DNA from: an uncultured Actinomycetes bacterium
GTDB lineage: Bacteria; Actinomycetota; JAICYB01
Assembly (NCBI GenBank): GCA_963766295.1
Contig: CAVXYW010000001.1
Location: 735,196-799,195 of the forward strand
Direction of reading: 5' to 3'
Length of the DNA: 64,000 bases
Shown: positions 27,402 to 37,362 of the stretch, one piece after another
Position numbering within the stretch: position 1 is the first letter of the stretch
Layout of the letters: the number at the start of each line of letters is the position of its first letter
The notes under the pieces: model-generated
Seen by the model: the letters and a program-made list of their open reading frames with translations, nothing else
What the model was told of the DNA's origin: nothing
Database searches by the model: none
Translations under genes and position numbers: made by a program

Positions 27402-27881
27402 ATGGCGCTACTGGACTCCGTCGAGCTGCCGAAACCGCTCAAGTACACCCTCAACTGGGGACGCAAATACTCGCTTTGGACGTTGCAGTTCGGCCTTGCG
27501 TGCTGCGCGATCGAGATGGCCGCGTCGATGATGCCGCGCCACGACATCATGCGTTTCGGCGTTATCCCGCTTCCGGCTTCGCCTCGTCAGGCCGACGTGA
27601 TGATCGTCGCCGGCACGTGCGTGGACAAGATGATCCCTTCGATCATTCGGGTCTGGGAACAGATGCCCGAACCGAAGTACTGCATCAGCTTCGGTTCGTG
27701 CTCGAACTCCGGCGGTCCCTACTGGGACTCATACGCCGTCGCGAAGGGCATAGATCAGTACCTTCCTGTCGACGTCTATGTTCCCGGTTGCCCGCCCCGT
27801 CCCGAAGCTTTGATGGACGGGATCATGAAGCTCCAAGAGCGCATCCAGCACGAGTCGCTCAAGGAGAGACTGAGTGTCTGA
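27402..27881 (+). CDS. nuoB: Complex I-like subunit B, second copy
   Basis: [35 protein letters not shown]. Confidence 0.94.
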   Translation: MALLDSVELPKPLKYTLNWGRKYSLWTLQFGLACCAIEMAASMMPRHDIMRFGVIPLPASPRQADVMIVAGTCVDKMIPSIIRVWEQMPEPKYCISFGSCSNSGGPYWDSYAVAKGIDQYLPVDVYVPGCPPRPEALMDGIMKLQERIQHESLKERLSV

Positions 27882-28386
27882 CGCGCCCGTCGCGCCAACG
27901 AACACCTCGCTGGACGAAGTCACGTCCGACATCCGGGCGCTCCTAGGTGATGACGTCCTCGATCTTTCCTCCAACCACGAGCAGCTGATCCTTCGAGTAG
28001 CGCCGGAGAAACGTCCCGAAGCGCTGGCCGTTCTCAAAACGCTCGGATTCGAGTTCTATTCGTTCTGCGGCGGAGTCGATTGGCCCGAGGACGAAAAGTT
28101 CGAGGTGCTCGATCACGTCTACTCTCTCGGACGTCGCGCTCGGATCACCGTCAAATGCGAGGTTCCTCGATCTAATCCACGAGTGCCAACGGCGGTCAAC
28201 GTCTACGCAGGATCGGATTGGCACGAGCGCGAGACCTGGGAGCTGTTCGGGATCGTGTTCGTGGGCCACCCGCGCCTTCGCCGTCTACTGCTCGCCGACT
28301 GGCAGGAAGGCTTCCCGATGCGCAAGGACGAGGTCCTTCGCGCCCGCGTCGAGAAGCCCTGGCCCGGCGACTTCTTCTCGGGGTAG
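27874..28386 (+). CDS. nuoC: Complex I-like subunit C, second copy
   Basis: [19 protein letters not shown] and GFPMRKD. Confidence 0.92.
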   Translation: MSDAPVAPTNTSLDEVTSDIRALLGDDVLDLSSNHEQLILRVAPEKRPEALAVLKTLGFEFYSFCGGVDWPEDEKFEVLDHVYSLGRRARITVKCEVPRSNPRVPTAVNVYAGSDWHERETWELFGIVFVGHPRLRRLLLADWQEGFPMRKDEVLRARVEKPWPGDFFSG

Positions 28387-28390
28387 AGAA

Positions 28391-29539
28391 ATGACGGTCG
28401 ACGTTTCAACTCGCGGCTACTTCACCGCCACTACCGAGCACGACATGTCCACCGGGGACATGGTCCTTAACATCGGCCCCCAGCATCCCTCGACACACGG
28501 CGTGCTGCGTGTGGTCGTTCGTCTGGACGGCGAGCGAGTTGTCGAAGCCGATCCGGTGCTCGGTTACATGCACCGCGCGTTCGAGAAGCTCGCCGAATAC
28601 CGCTCTCCACTGCAGAACACCGCACTCTTCAACCGACTGGATTGGGTATCGGGGTTCTGCAACGAAGTGCCGTATTGCATCGCGTGCGAGAAGCTCGCCG
28701 AGATCGAGATTCCCAAAAGGGCCGAGGTACAGCGAGTCATCCTCTTTGAGCTGACGCGATTGGCGTCGCACGCGATGTTCTGCGGCGTCTACGGTCTCGA
28801 GCTCGGCGCCCTGACGCCTCCGATGTACGGCTACCGCGACCGTGAGTACGCCCTCGACCTGCTCGAGATGGTCACCGGCCAGCGGATGCACACGAACTGG
28901 GCCCGGATCGGTGGAGTCAAAGAGGATTTTCCGGTGGGGTTCTACGAGAAGATCCCGCCGATCCTCGAATATTTCCGAACGCGCATCGATCAATGGCTCG
29001 AGTTCCTCATCGACAACGACGTGTTCGTCCAGCGCACGCGTGGGATCGGCATGCTTCCTCCGGACATCGCTCTCGACTTCGGCGTGTCGGGTCCCAACCT
29101 TCGCGCCTCGGGCGTCGCGAGCGACGCCAGGAAAGAAGAGGATTACCTCGGATACGGCGACTACGAGTTCGACATCCCGGTGGGTGACAAGGGCGACTGC
29201 TTCGATCGGTACGTGCAGCGCGTTCGCGAGATGTGGGAGTCCTGCAACATCATCGAGCAGGCCCTTGACAACCTTCCCCCGGGTCCCATCAACACCGGAG
29301 TCGGAAGAACATTCAAGGTTCCGGCCGGCGAGATCTACATCCGTGCCGACGGGCCGAGAGGGGAAACCGGCTACTACCTGATCTCCAACGGCGGCAGGGA
29401 ACCGTACCGTCTCAAGATCCGTACGGGCTCCTTCGCAAACGTCAGCGTCCTTCCCTATCTGTTGAAGGACACTTACGTCCCCGACATCGTCGCGATCTTG
29501 GGAAGCCTGGACTTCGTCGTCGGAGACATCGACAGATGA
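28391..29539 (+). CDS. nuoD: Complex I-like subunit D, second copy
   Basis: NIGPQHPSTHGVLR, GYMHRAFEK, GPRGE, GDIDR; no NiFe-binding CxxC motifs. Confidence 0.93.
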   Translation: MTVDVSTRGYFTATTEHDMSTGDMVLNIGPQHPSTHGVLRVVVRLDGERVVEADPVLGYMHRAFEKLAEYRSPLQNTALFNRLDWVSGFCNEVPYCIACEKLAEIEIPKRAEVQRVILFELTRLASHAMFCGVYGLELGALTPPMYGYRDREYALDLLEMVTGQRMHTNWARIGGVKEDFPVGFYEKIPPILEYFRTRIDQWLEFLIDNDVFVQRTRGIGMLPPDIALDFGVSGPNLRASGVASDARKEEDYLGYGDYEFDIPVGDKGDCFDRYVQRVREMWESCNIIEQALDNLPPGPINTGVGRTFKVPAGEIYIRADGPRGETGYYLISNGGREPYRLKIRTGSFANVSVLPYLLKDTYVPDIVAILGSLDFVVGDIDR

Positions 29540-30537
29540 CGGACGCCATCCGGGTCCCCGTCAGCGCCGTGATCATCTTCGTCGGCGCGCTCTTGTCTAC
29601 TGGCGTCCTTCTCTACGGAGTCTTGAAGATTCACTCGCGAATCATGAACCGAATGGGGCCCATGTACGCCGGACGATTCCACGGTGTCGGACAACCCATC
29701 GCCGAGTTCCTGAAGCCCATCCAGAAGGAAGACATCGTCCCGACGCTGGCGGACAAACCGGTATTCCGACTCGCACCGCTGCTCGCGCTCTTCCCGGCCT
29801 TCCTCGTCTTCGCTGTGATCCCCGTCGCTCCAGGCATCGTGGGAGCCGATCTGGAGCTCGGGCTCTTCTTCGTGCTCGCTATCTCCGCCCTCGGAGCGAT
29901 CGCGATCGTGATGGCGGCCTACGCATCTCAGAGCAAGTTCACGCTCGTCGGCGGCCTGCGTGCGGTCGGGCAAATCATCGCCTACGAGTTGCCCGTGGTC
30001 CTCGGCGCCGTTTCCGTGGCGATGCTCGCCGGAAGCCTTTCGCTCACAGAGATCGTCGAGGCCCAATCCGTATGGTTCGTCCTCTGGCCGTTCCCGTTGG
30101 GCGCGATCGCGTTCGCTTTATTCGTTCTTTCGTCCTTCGCCGAGGTGATGTGGAACCCCTTTGACATGCCTGTCGCAGAGTCGGAGATCGTCACGGGGCC
30201 CTACACCGAGTACTCGGGGATGCGCTTCATCTTCTTCTACATGTCGGAGTTCGCCCACGTCGTTGCGCTCTCTGCGCTCGCAACGCTTCTGTTCCTCGGT
30301 GGATGGAATGGCCCGATCCTTCCTCCGATCCTGTGGTTCTTCGCCAAGCTGACGGCCTTCGGCGTTTTCTTCATATGGGTCCGCTTCACGATGCCACGCC
30401 TTCGCGAAGATCAGCTGCAGAAACTCGCGTGGAAGCTCCTGATCCCGGTTGGGCTTATCAATGTGCTTCTGATAGCGCTCTACAAGGTTGGTGCCTTCGG
30501 ACAGCTCTGGGATGCCATCGTCGGAGTGGTCACATGA
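29536..30537 (+). CDS. nuoH: Complex I-like subunit H, second copy
   Basis: QKEDIVP, QIIAYELP, NPFDMPVAESE, TMPRLREDQL. Confidence 0.93.
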   Translation: MTDAIRVPVSAVIIFVGALLSTGVLLYGVLKIHSRIMNRMGPMYAGRFHGVGQPIAEFLKPIQKEDIVPTLADKPVFRLAPLLALFPAFLVFAVIPVAPGIVGADLELGLFFVLAISALGAIAIVMAAYASQSKFTLVGGLRAVGQIIAYELPVVLGAVSVAMLAGSLSLTEIVEAQSVWFVLWPFPLGAIAFALFVLSSFAEVMWNPFDMPVAESEIVTGPYTEYSGMRFIFFYMSEFAHVVALSALATLLFLGGWNGPILPPILWFFAKLTAFGVFFIWVRFTMPRLREDQLQKLAWKLLIPVGLINVLLIALYKVGAFGQLWDAIVGVVT

Positions 30538-31487
30538 AGGCACGAATCCACGACGACACGGCGATCCGCGAGGTCGAAGACCGGCAGCGCCGCAAGTTCC
30601 GTCTTCCTGCGCTCGGGATCCTCGAAGCCATGCGAGTGACGCTGCGGACGATGCTCTCGAAGGCCGTCACCGTTCAGTACCCCGATCAGCGCATGGAGCT
30701 CCCGGAGAGAACGCGTGGAGTCATCGCGCTACTCGAAGAGAATTGCACGGTCTGCATGCTCTGCGCGAAGGAATGTCCGTGTTGGTGCATCTACATCGAG
30801 GGACACAAGGTCACGCAGCCGGGCAAGCGCAAAGCGGTTAACGAGCTCGACCGCTTCGCGATCGATTACGGCTTGTGCATGTACTGCGGGATCTGTGTCG
30901 AGGTTTGTCCCTTCGACGCGCTGCACTGGTCGCCGTTCTTCGAGTACACGTCCTACAGCTACGAAGGGATGATTCACGAAGCCGACGTCCTGACCGGTTG
31001 GCAGGAACATGTTCTTCCTCCGCCGCAGCTTGTTGCGGATGCCGACGAAAAGGCCCAACAGGACGCACAGACTGCGCACGACAAGCGGGCCGAGGGCACG
31101 GCGGGCGTCATCCGAGAAGCGGACAAGAAGGAAGCGTTCCTCGCCAAGCTGTCCGGCCAAACGGTTGCTGCCGCTCCGGTAATAGCGCCCGCCGCACCGG
31201 CCGCACCAGCTGGAGCTCCTGCTGCGCCCGCGGCTGAAGCTGCACCTGCACCGGCTGAAGCGGCGCCGCCACCGACCGAGGCTGCACCCGCCGCCGCAGC
31301 TGCTCCCGCCGCTGCACCGGACACGGGAGGCCTGCCGCGCATCGATCCCAACAATCTTCCGGACGGCCTCGGCCCGGTAGAACGCGGCCGACTCAAGAAG
31401 CTGGCCGTCCTCCAAGAAAGAGGAGAGCAGCCCAAGGCCGACCTCGTCGAGAACCTGCGTCCGATCCTGGACCAGATGTCCGGATAA
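30534..31487 (+). CDS. nuoI: Complex I-like subunit I, second copy, with long Ala/Pro-rich C-terminal extension
   Basis: CTVCMLCAKECP and CMYCGICVEVCP; ATG overlaps the nuoH2 stop. Confidence 0.9.
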   Translation: MKARIHDDTAIREVEDRQRRKFRLPALGILEAMRVTLRTMLSKAVTVQYPDQRMELPERTRGVIALLEENCTVCMLCAKECPCWCIYIEGHKVTQPGKRKAVNELDRFAIDYGLCMYCGICVEVCPFDALHWSPFFEYTSYSYEGMIHEADVLTGWQEHVLPPPQLVADADEKAQQDAQTAHDKRAEGTAGVIREADKKEAFLAKLSGQTVAAAPVIAPAAPAAPAGAPAAPAAEAAPAPAEAAPPPTEAAPAAAAAPAAAPDTGGLPRIDPNNLPDGLGPVERGRLKKLAVLQERGEQPKADLVENLRPILDQMSG

Positions 31488-31496
31488 GGCCAGAGA

Positions 31497-31985
31497 TTGC
31501 TCCTACGACAAGCGGCCTTCTGGATCTTCGCGGGACTTACTGCACTGGCGTCGCTTTTCGTTGTAACTACACGCAACGTCGTTCATTCGGCGCTCGGCCT
31601 TGCCGCTGCCCTCGTCGGCGCCGCGGCGATCTTCATCCTCTTTGGCGCCGAGTTCATCGGTCTCGCTCAGATCCTGATCTACGTGGGCGCGGTCGTCGTC
31701 CTTTTCCTCTTCGGGATCATGCTCACTTCGGGCACGGGCGGTCGAACAGTTGTAGACAACGACCAACGGTGGCTGGCCGCGCTCGTCTCTATAGGTGTGT
31801 TCGTGGTGCTAGCTGCCGGCATGATCACCGCCTTCGGCCGCCAACGGCTGGAGTTCAAGGTGGCTTTTCCCATCCGCGAGCTCGGCACCGAACTCTTCAC
31901 GACGTGGATCCTGCCGTTCGAAGCCGTTTCGATACTGCTGCTTGCCGCACTCGTCGGGGCCATCGTCTTGGCACGGAGGGACTAA
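31497..31985 (+). CDS. nuoJ: Complex I-like subunit J, second copy
   Basis: AEFIGLAQILIYVGAVVVLFLFGIML and PFEAVSILLL. Confidence 0.92.
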   Translation: MLLRQAAFWIFAGLTALASLFVVTTRNVVHSALGLAAALVGAAAIFILFGAEFIGLAQILIYVGAVVVLFLFGIMLTSGTGGRTVVDNDQRWLAALVSIGVFVVLAAGMITAFGRQRLEFKVAFPIRELGTELFTTWILPFEAVSILLLAALVGAIVLARRD

Positions 31986-31989
31986 AGGC

Positions 31990-32289
31990 ATGCCCGTCGT
32001 CATCCCCCTACTTCTCTCCGCCTTCATGTTCTCGTGCGGGGTTTACGGAGTTCTCGCTCGCCGCAACGGCGTGATGCTCCTCATCGCCGTCGAGCTGATG
32101 ATCACGGCGGGCAACGTGAACCTCATCACCTTCTCGCAGCTCTTGGCCGATCAGATCGGCAACATCGTTGCGCTGTTCATCATCGCCGTCACGGCTGCTG
32201 AAGTCGGCATAGGTATCGCGATCGTGATGATGCTCTACCGGCAGCGGTCCACCGTTGCCGTCGACGACCTCCAACTAATGAAGTGGTGA
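31990..32289 (+). CDS. nuoK: Complex I-like subunit K, second copy
   Basis: RRNGVMLLIAVELM and AAEVGIGIAI; normal size (99 aa). Confidence 0.92.
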   Translation: MPVVIPLLLSAFMFSCGVYGVLARRNGVMLLIAVELMITAGNVNLITFSQLLADQIGNIVALFIIAVTAAEVGIGIAIVMMLYRQRSTVAVDDLQLMKW

Positions 32290-32293
32290 GCTG

Positions 32294-34294
32294 ATGGAAC
32301 ACGAGGCAGCTGCAGCCGTCACCGGAATCCGGGAGATGGCATGGCTCATCCCACTACTTCCTCTTTCCGCCTTCTTCCTGATCGTTTTCTTCGGCAAGAA
32401 GACGCCCGGTAAGGGCGCGGATATCGGCATCCTTGCCACGGGTTCTGCCTTCGCCCTTGGTGTTCTCTGCTTCTTCGACGCAACCTCGAAGGGTGGCATC
32501 GTCGAGAAGTCGCTGACGTGGATCTCGTTCGGCTCCCTGGAGCTGGAGCTCGGCATCCGCGTAGATGCACTCGCCGCGATGATGTTCGTCGTCGTCTGTC
32601 TTGTGTCGCTTCTCATGCAGGTCTACTCGCTCGGCTACATGAAGGGCGACGTCCGCTACACGTGGTACTTCGCGGCCGTGAACCTCTTCACCGGCTCAAT
32701 GCTGAACCTCGTCATAGCGAACAACACGGTTCAGCTACTGGTCGGCTGGGAGCTGGTGGGAGTGTGTTCCTACCTGCTGATCGGCCACTGGTACGAGGAG
32801 AAGGAAAACTCAGACGCCGCGATCAAAGCCTTCATCACCACCCGCGCCGGCGACCTCGGGTTCGTGATCGGCGTGATCGTCCTGTTCGTCGGCGCACACA
32901 CGTTCAACATCGGCGAGCTGCAAGAGCATGTTGTAGCGGGCGAGGTTTCGTCCACAATCGTCACCGTCGGCGCGCTGCTCCTTTTCTCCGGAGCCGTCGG
33001 CAAGTCTGCGCAGTTTCCGTTACACGTCTGGTTGCCGGACGCCATGGCCGGTCCGACACCTGTTTCCGCGCTAATCCACGCCGCCACGATGGTGACGGCT
33101 GGCGTCTACATGGTCGCGCGCATCTTCGGCGTCTTCTCCTCATCGGAACAGGTGATGAACGTGATCGCGATCGTTGCGTCGATCACGATGCTTTTGGCCG
33201 CCGTGCTGGCTGTGGTTCAGCGCGACATCAAGAAAGTGCTGGCGTACTCGACCGTGAGCCAGCTCGGCTACATGATGGCCGGCCTGGCCGTCGGCGCCGC
33301 TACCGCCGGGGTTTTCCATCTCTGGACGCATGCATTCTTCAAAGCGCTGCTCTTCCTCGGCGCCGGAAGTGTGATCCACGCCGTTCACTCCAACGACATG
33401 TTCGAGATGGGCGGCCTGCGCAAGTTCATGCCGATCACCTACGCCACGTTCTTGGTCGGCTCCCTAGCGCTTGCGGGCGTTCCACCCTTCGCCGGCTTCT
33501 GGTCGAAGGACGAGATCGTTGCCGCATCCTTCGAGACCGGACACACCTTCGTATTCATCTGCGCGCTGCTGACAGCCTTCTTAACCGCTTTCTATGTCGG
33601 CCGCGCATTCACGCTGACCTTCTTCGGCCACTACCGCCGCGCGCCGATCGCCGGTGGCGCCACCGACGATCACAGTCACCATTCCGCGATGCCCCACGAG
33701 TCGCCGCCGACCATGGCTTGGCCTTTGATCATCCTTGCGGTGCTCTCGTTCCCAGCCGGCTTCATCGGAACGCCCTTCGGGAACGTGTTCGCCGAGTGGT
33801 TCCATTTCGAAGGCGCGCACCACGGTGAGTTCGTCGGTTGGATCGCGATCCTTTCCATCGCCATAGCGATCGGAGGGATCGGCCTCGGCTACCGGATGTA
33901 CTCGCGAGCCGTCTACGGCTTCGGAGTCATCGAGCCGCTCGAACGCCTCGGGCCCCTGTACCGCGCTGCCGTGAACCGCTTCTACATCGACGACTTCTAC
34001 ATGAAGGTCATCATTCGCCCGGTCCAGTACCAGATCTCACGCTTCGTCTACAGATTCCTGGACCAGAAAGTGATCGATGGCGTCGTGAACGGCGCCGCAT
34101 CCGGTACCGTCCTGACCGGCCGTGTGACGAAGGCCATCGACGAAGGTGGTGTGGACGGAGTCGTCAACGGCGTTGGCTGGATCACCAACAAGCTGAGCTT
34201 CGTACTGCGGAAACTTCAGACGGGCAACGTGCAAGGGTATGCGGCGGGACTTTTCGTGGGCCTGATCGTCCTCGCCGCGGCACTTTACCTATAG
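32294..34294 (+). CDS. nuoL: Complex I-like subunit L, second copy
   Basis: GKSAQFPLHVWLPDAMAGPTPVSALIHAATMV and HAFFKALLFL. Confidence 0.94.
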   Translation: MEHEAAAAVTGIREMAWLIPLLPLSAFFLIVFFGKKTPGKGADIGILATGSAFALGVLCFFDATSKGGIVEKSLTWISFGSLELELGIRVDALAAMMFVVVCLVSLLMQVYSLGYMKGDVRYTWYFAAVNLFTGSMLNLVIANNTVQLLVGWELVGVCSYLLIGHWYEEKENSDAAIKAFITTRAGDLGFVIGVIVLFVGAHTFNIGELQEHVVAGEVSSTIVTVGALLLFSGAVGKSAQFPLHVWLPDAMAGPTPVSALIHAATMVTAGVYMVARIFGVFSSSEQVMNVIAIVASITMLLAAVLAVVQRDIKKVLAYSTVSQLGYMMAGLAVGAATAGVFHLWTHAFFKALLFLGAGSVIHAVHSNDMFEMGGLRKFMPITYATFLVGSLALAGVPPFAGFWSKDEIVAASFETGHTFVFICALLTAFLTAFYVGRAFTLTFFGHYRRAPIAGGATDDHSHHSAMPHESPPTMAWPLIILAVLSFPAGFIGTPFGNVFAEWFHFEGAHHGEFVGWIAILSIAIAIGGIGLGYRMYSRAVYGFGVIEPLERLGPLYRAAVNRFYIDDFYMKVIIRPVQYQISRFVYRFLDQKVIDGVVNGAASGTVLTGRVTKAIDEGGVDGVVNGVGWITNKLSFVLRKLQTGNVQGYAAGLFVGLIVLAAALYL

Positions 34295-34306
34295 AGGAGG
34301 GAACGG

Positions 34307-35866
34307 ATGACGGGACTGGAAACATGGGGACTGTCCGCAGCGGTTTTCCTTCCGCTCGTGGGCGCCCTCGTGATCACGGTGCTGCCGAAGCAGGCAGCGA
34401 GTGAGCGTCTCGTTCAGTTCCTGGCAGCCCTCTTCACCGGGCTTCCGTTCATCGCCGTTATCGCGATCGCGATGCAGTTCGACTTCTCCTCCGGCGCGAT
34501 GCAATTCCAGGTCGACGCGAGCTGGATCCCGTCGATCGGAGCTCGTTACCACATAGGAATCGACGGGATCTCGATACCGCTGTTCCTGCTCACCTTCCTC
34601 ATTTCCTTCCTATGCGTCATCTACTCGTTCCAGTGGATGCCCGAACCCGGAAACAGGCGGGCGTTCTACGCGCTCATCCTTCTCCTCACGACGGGAATGG
34701 CCGGAACGTTCGTCGCGCTCGACCTCGTCCTGTTCTTCATCTTCTGGGAGCTCGTTCTCGTCCCGATGTACTTCCTCATCGCCGTGTGGGGGAGCCCAGG
34801 ACGCCGCGAATACGCCGCGATCAAGTTCTTCCTCTACACGCTGTTCGGCTCGATCTTCATGCTGCTCGGCTTTATCGCCCTGTATCTGCGATCCGACATC
34901 GCACCCGGCCCGGATGTCGTTCACACCTTCGACATCCTGAAACTCACCGAGCTCGGCGGCGCCGGTGCGTGGTCTTCGCTGTTCGGCAACCTAGTGTTTG
35001 CCGGACTGTTCCTCGGTTTCGCGATCAAGGTGCCGATGTGGCCGTTCCACACCTGGCTCCCGGACGCGCACACGGAAGCACCAACGGTCGGTTCGGTGAT
35101 CCTGGCCGCCGTCCTTCTGAAGATGGGGACGTACGCGTTCATCCGAATCTCCCTGCCGATCCTTCCCGATGCCGCGGAGGTCTGGGCTCCCGTTATCGGT
35201 GTGCTTTCGGTTATCGCGATCATCTACGCGTCGCTTGCGTGTCTGGCTCAGACGGACATGAAACGTCTCATCGCGTTCTCGTCGGTGGGACACATGGGCT
35301 TCGTGATGCTCGGCATCTCCACCCTTAACGAGCAGGGGATAAACGGAGCGATCATGGCCATGGTCGTCCACGGACTGATCACCGGCATGCTCTTCTTCCT
35401 GGTCGGCTCGACCTACGACCGCTTCCACACGCGCGAGATCGCCCGGCTCGGCGGCATGGCACAGCTCATGCCTTGGCTGGCCGGACTCCTCGCGTACTCC
35501 TCGATTGCTTCGCTCGGTCTTCCCGGGCTCGCGGGCTTCTGGGGTGAGTTCCTCGCGCTGGTCGGCGCGTACAACCCGGCGCAAGTGCTTTCCGAGATGA
35601 CGACCTTCTATCGCGTGCTGATGGCGATCGGTGTCGTAGGCACCCTGCTGACCGCCGGCTACTTCCTGTGGTTGTTGCAGCGAGTGAACCTCGGCCGTCC
35701 GAAGGAGGAGTGGGAAGGCCACGGCTTCAAGGACGTTCTTCCGCTGGAAGGCATTGCCTGGGCTCCCATGCTTGCGCTGATCCTGGTCGTCGGCGTGTAC
35801 CCGCGTCTGCTGCTCGACGTCACGGGCCCCGCTGTCGAGGCTGTCGCGCGCATGTTCGGGGGTTAA
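34307..35866 (+). CDS. nuoM: Complex I-like subunit M, second copy
   Basis: FWELVLVPMY and KVPMWPFHTWLPDAHTEAPT. Confidence 0.94.
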   Translation: MTGLETWGLSAAVFLPLVGALVITVLPKQAASERLVQFLAALFTGLPFIAVIAIAMQFDFSSGAMQFQVDASWIPSIGARYHIGIDGISIPLFLLTFLISFLCVIYSFQWMPEPGNRRAFYALILLLTTGMAGTFVALDLVLFFIFWELVLVPMYFLIAVWGSPGRREYAAIKFFLYTLFGSIFMLLGFIALYLRSDIAPGPDVVHTFDILKLTELGGAGAWSSLFGNLVFAGLFLGFAIKVPMWPFHTWLPDAHTEAPTVGSVILAAVLLKMGTYAFIRISLPILPDAAEVWAPVIGVLSVIAIIYASLACLAQTDMKRLIAFSSVGHMGFVMLGISTLNEQGINGAIMAMVVHGLITGMLFFLVGSTYDRFHTREIARLGGMAQLMPWLAGLLAYSSIASLGLPGLAGFWGEFLALVGAYNPAQVLSEMTTFYRVLMAIGVVGTLLTAGYFLWLLQRVNLGRPKEEWEGHGFKDVLPLEGIAWAPMLALILVVGVYPRLLLDVTGPAVEAVARMFGG

Positions 35867-35872
35867 GCGCGC

Positions 35873-37351
35873 GTGCAGATCGACTACGCCGCTCTCGCTC
35901 CCGAATTAGTCGTCACGGGAGCAGCGTGCCTCGTCCTTCTTGTAGACCTGGCTCTTCGCGGACGCGCTCGCGTCGCGTCGGCGTACATCGGTCTCGCTGC
36001 GGTGCTGCTTGCACTCTTGCTCGTTGCCGTGAAGGTGGGAGCCGGTGCCACGACGACGCTCGGCGGGCTTTTCGTATTGGACGACTTCGCGATCGTCATG
36101 AAGATCATCTTCCTCGCGACCGCTGCGTTCGTTATCTGGATCTCGATCCCGCCGATGCGCGGCCACCGTTACGAGGGCGAGTACGTCTTCCTCCTGCTCT
36201 GCTCGGTTCTCGGGACGATGCTGATGCCTTCGAGCCGCGATCTATTGATGTTGTTCATCGCGCTCGAGCTCGTTTCGGCTCCCGCTTTCGTGATCGCCGG
36301 CTTGCGCAAGCTCAACCCGCGATCGAACGAAGCGGCACTCAAGTACTTCATCTTCGGAGTGCTGTCCGCCGGCGTCTTCGTTTACGGGATCTCGCTCGTT
36401 TACGGAGCGGTCGGTGCAACGGATCTGAACGAGATCGCGGCGCGCTTGCAAGGAGCCGGACAGGCCGGATCGTCCTCGCTACTGCTGACCGGCGTCGTCT
36501 TCATCGTGGCCGCGTTCGGTTTCAAGGTGTCGGCTGTTCCTTTCCACTTCTGGGCACCCGACACGTATGAAGGTTCACCTACGCCGCTGGCCGCGTTCTT
36601 GTCTGTCGGTTCGAAGGCATCCGGTTTCGTCGGTCTGCTTCTGATCCTGCTCATCGGTTTCGCGGATCTCGCCGAGTCCTGGGCACCGTTCGTCGGTGTC
36701 ATCGCGGCGCTGACGATGATCGTCGGCAACGTTGTCGCTCTCCGTCAGGGTCATCTGATCCGCCTACTCGCGTACTCGTCCATTGGACATGCGGGCTACA
36801 TGCTGATTCCCATCGCGCTAATAACGCCGCACACGGGCGAGATCACTGGTTCGAACCAACAGCTTGTTCGTTCGCTCGTTACCTACCTCGCCGTGTACGC
36901 GGTCATGACGCTAGGCGCATTTGCGGTTGCCATCGGAGTCTCGAAGCAGTACCCGACGCTGCTGATCCGCGATCTCACAGGCCTCGGACGCCGCGCACCA
37001 CTGGCCGCGATCGCCCTCGCCGGGTTCCTGATCTCGCTCGGCGGGATACCGCCCTTCGCCGGCTGGTTCGCGAAGTTCGCCGTCTTCACCGCCGCGATCG
37101 AGGCCGGATCGACCCTCGGGGTCGGACTGGCCGTCCTCATGGTCCTGAACAGCGTGATCTCGCTCTACTACTACGTTGGCGTGGTCCGGGTGATGTACCT
37201 CCAAGCCCCCGAGGACGAGGCGGCTTTACGCCTACCTCGGTCGATCACGTTGGCAACCGCGGTAGCCTCGGTCGGGGTCGTAGTGCTCGGGATCTACCCG
37301 GAGCCTTTCGCCCGATTGGCGAATGCGGCCAGGCTCGTGCTGTCGGGCTAG
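35873..37351 (+). CDS. nuoN: Complex I-like subunit N, second copy
   Basis: EAALKYFIFG, FKVSAVPFHFWAPDTYEG, RLLAYSSIGHAGY. Confidence 0.94.
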   Translation: MQIDYAALAPELVVTGAACLVLLVDLALRGRARVASAYIGLAAVLLALLLVAVKVGAGATTTLGGLFVLDDFAIVMKIIFLATAAFVIWISIPPMRGHRYEGEYVFLLLCSVLGTMLMPSSRDLLMLFIALELVSAPAFVIAGLRKLNPRSNEAALKYFIFGVLSAGVFVYGISLVYGAVGATDLNEIAARLQGAGQAGSSSLLLTGVVFIVAAFGFKVSAVPFHFWAPDTYEGSPTPLAAFLSVGSKASGFVGLLLILLIGFADLAESWAPFVGVIAALTMIVGNVVALRQGHLIRLLAYSSIGHAGYMLIPIALITPHTGEITGSNQQLVRSLVTYLAVYAVMTLGAFAVAIGVSKQYPTLLIRDLTGLGRRAPLAAIALAGFLISLGGIPPFAGWFAKFAVFTAAIEAGSTLGVGLAVLMVLNSVISLYYYVGVVRVMYLQAPEDEAALRLPRSITLATAVASVGVVVLGIYPEPFARLANAARLVLSG

Positions 37352-37362
37352 GAGACTCATCG

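Noticed and set aside
27402-29539. Second cluster as a group 4 NiFe hydrogenase
   Set aside because: NuoD2 has no N- or C-terminal CxxC nickel motifs (it ends LDFVVGDIDR) and no maturation genes are nearby.
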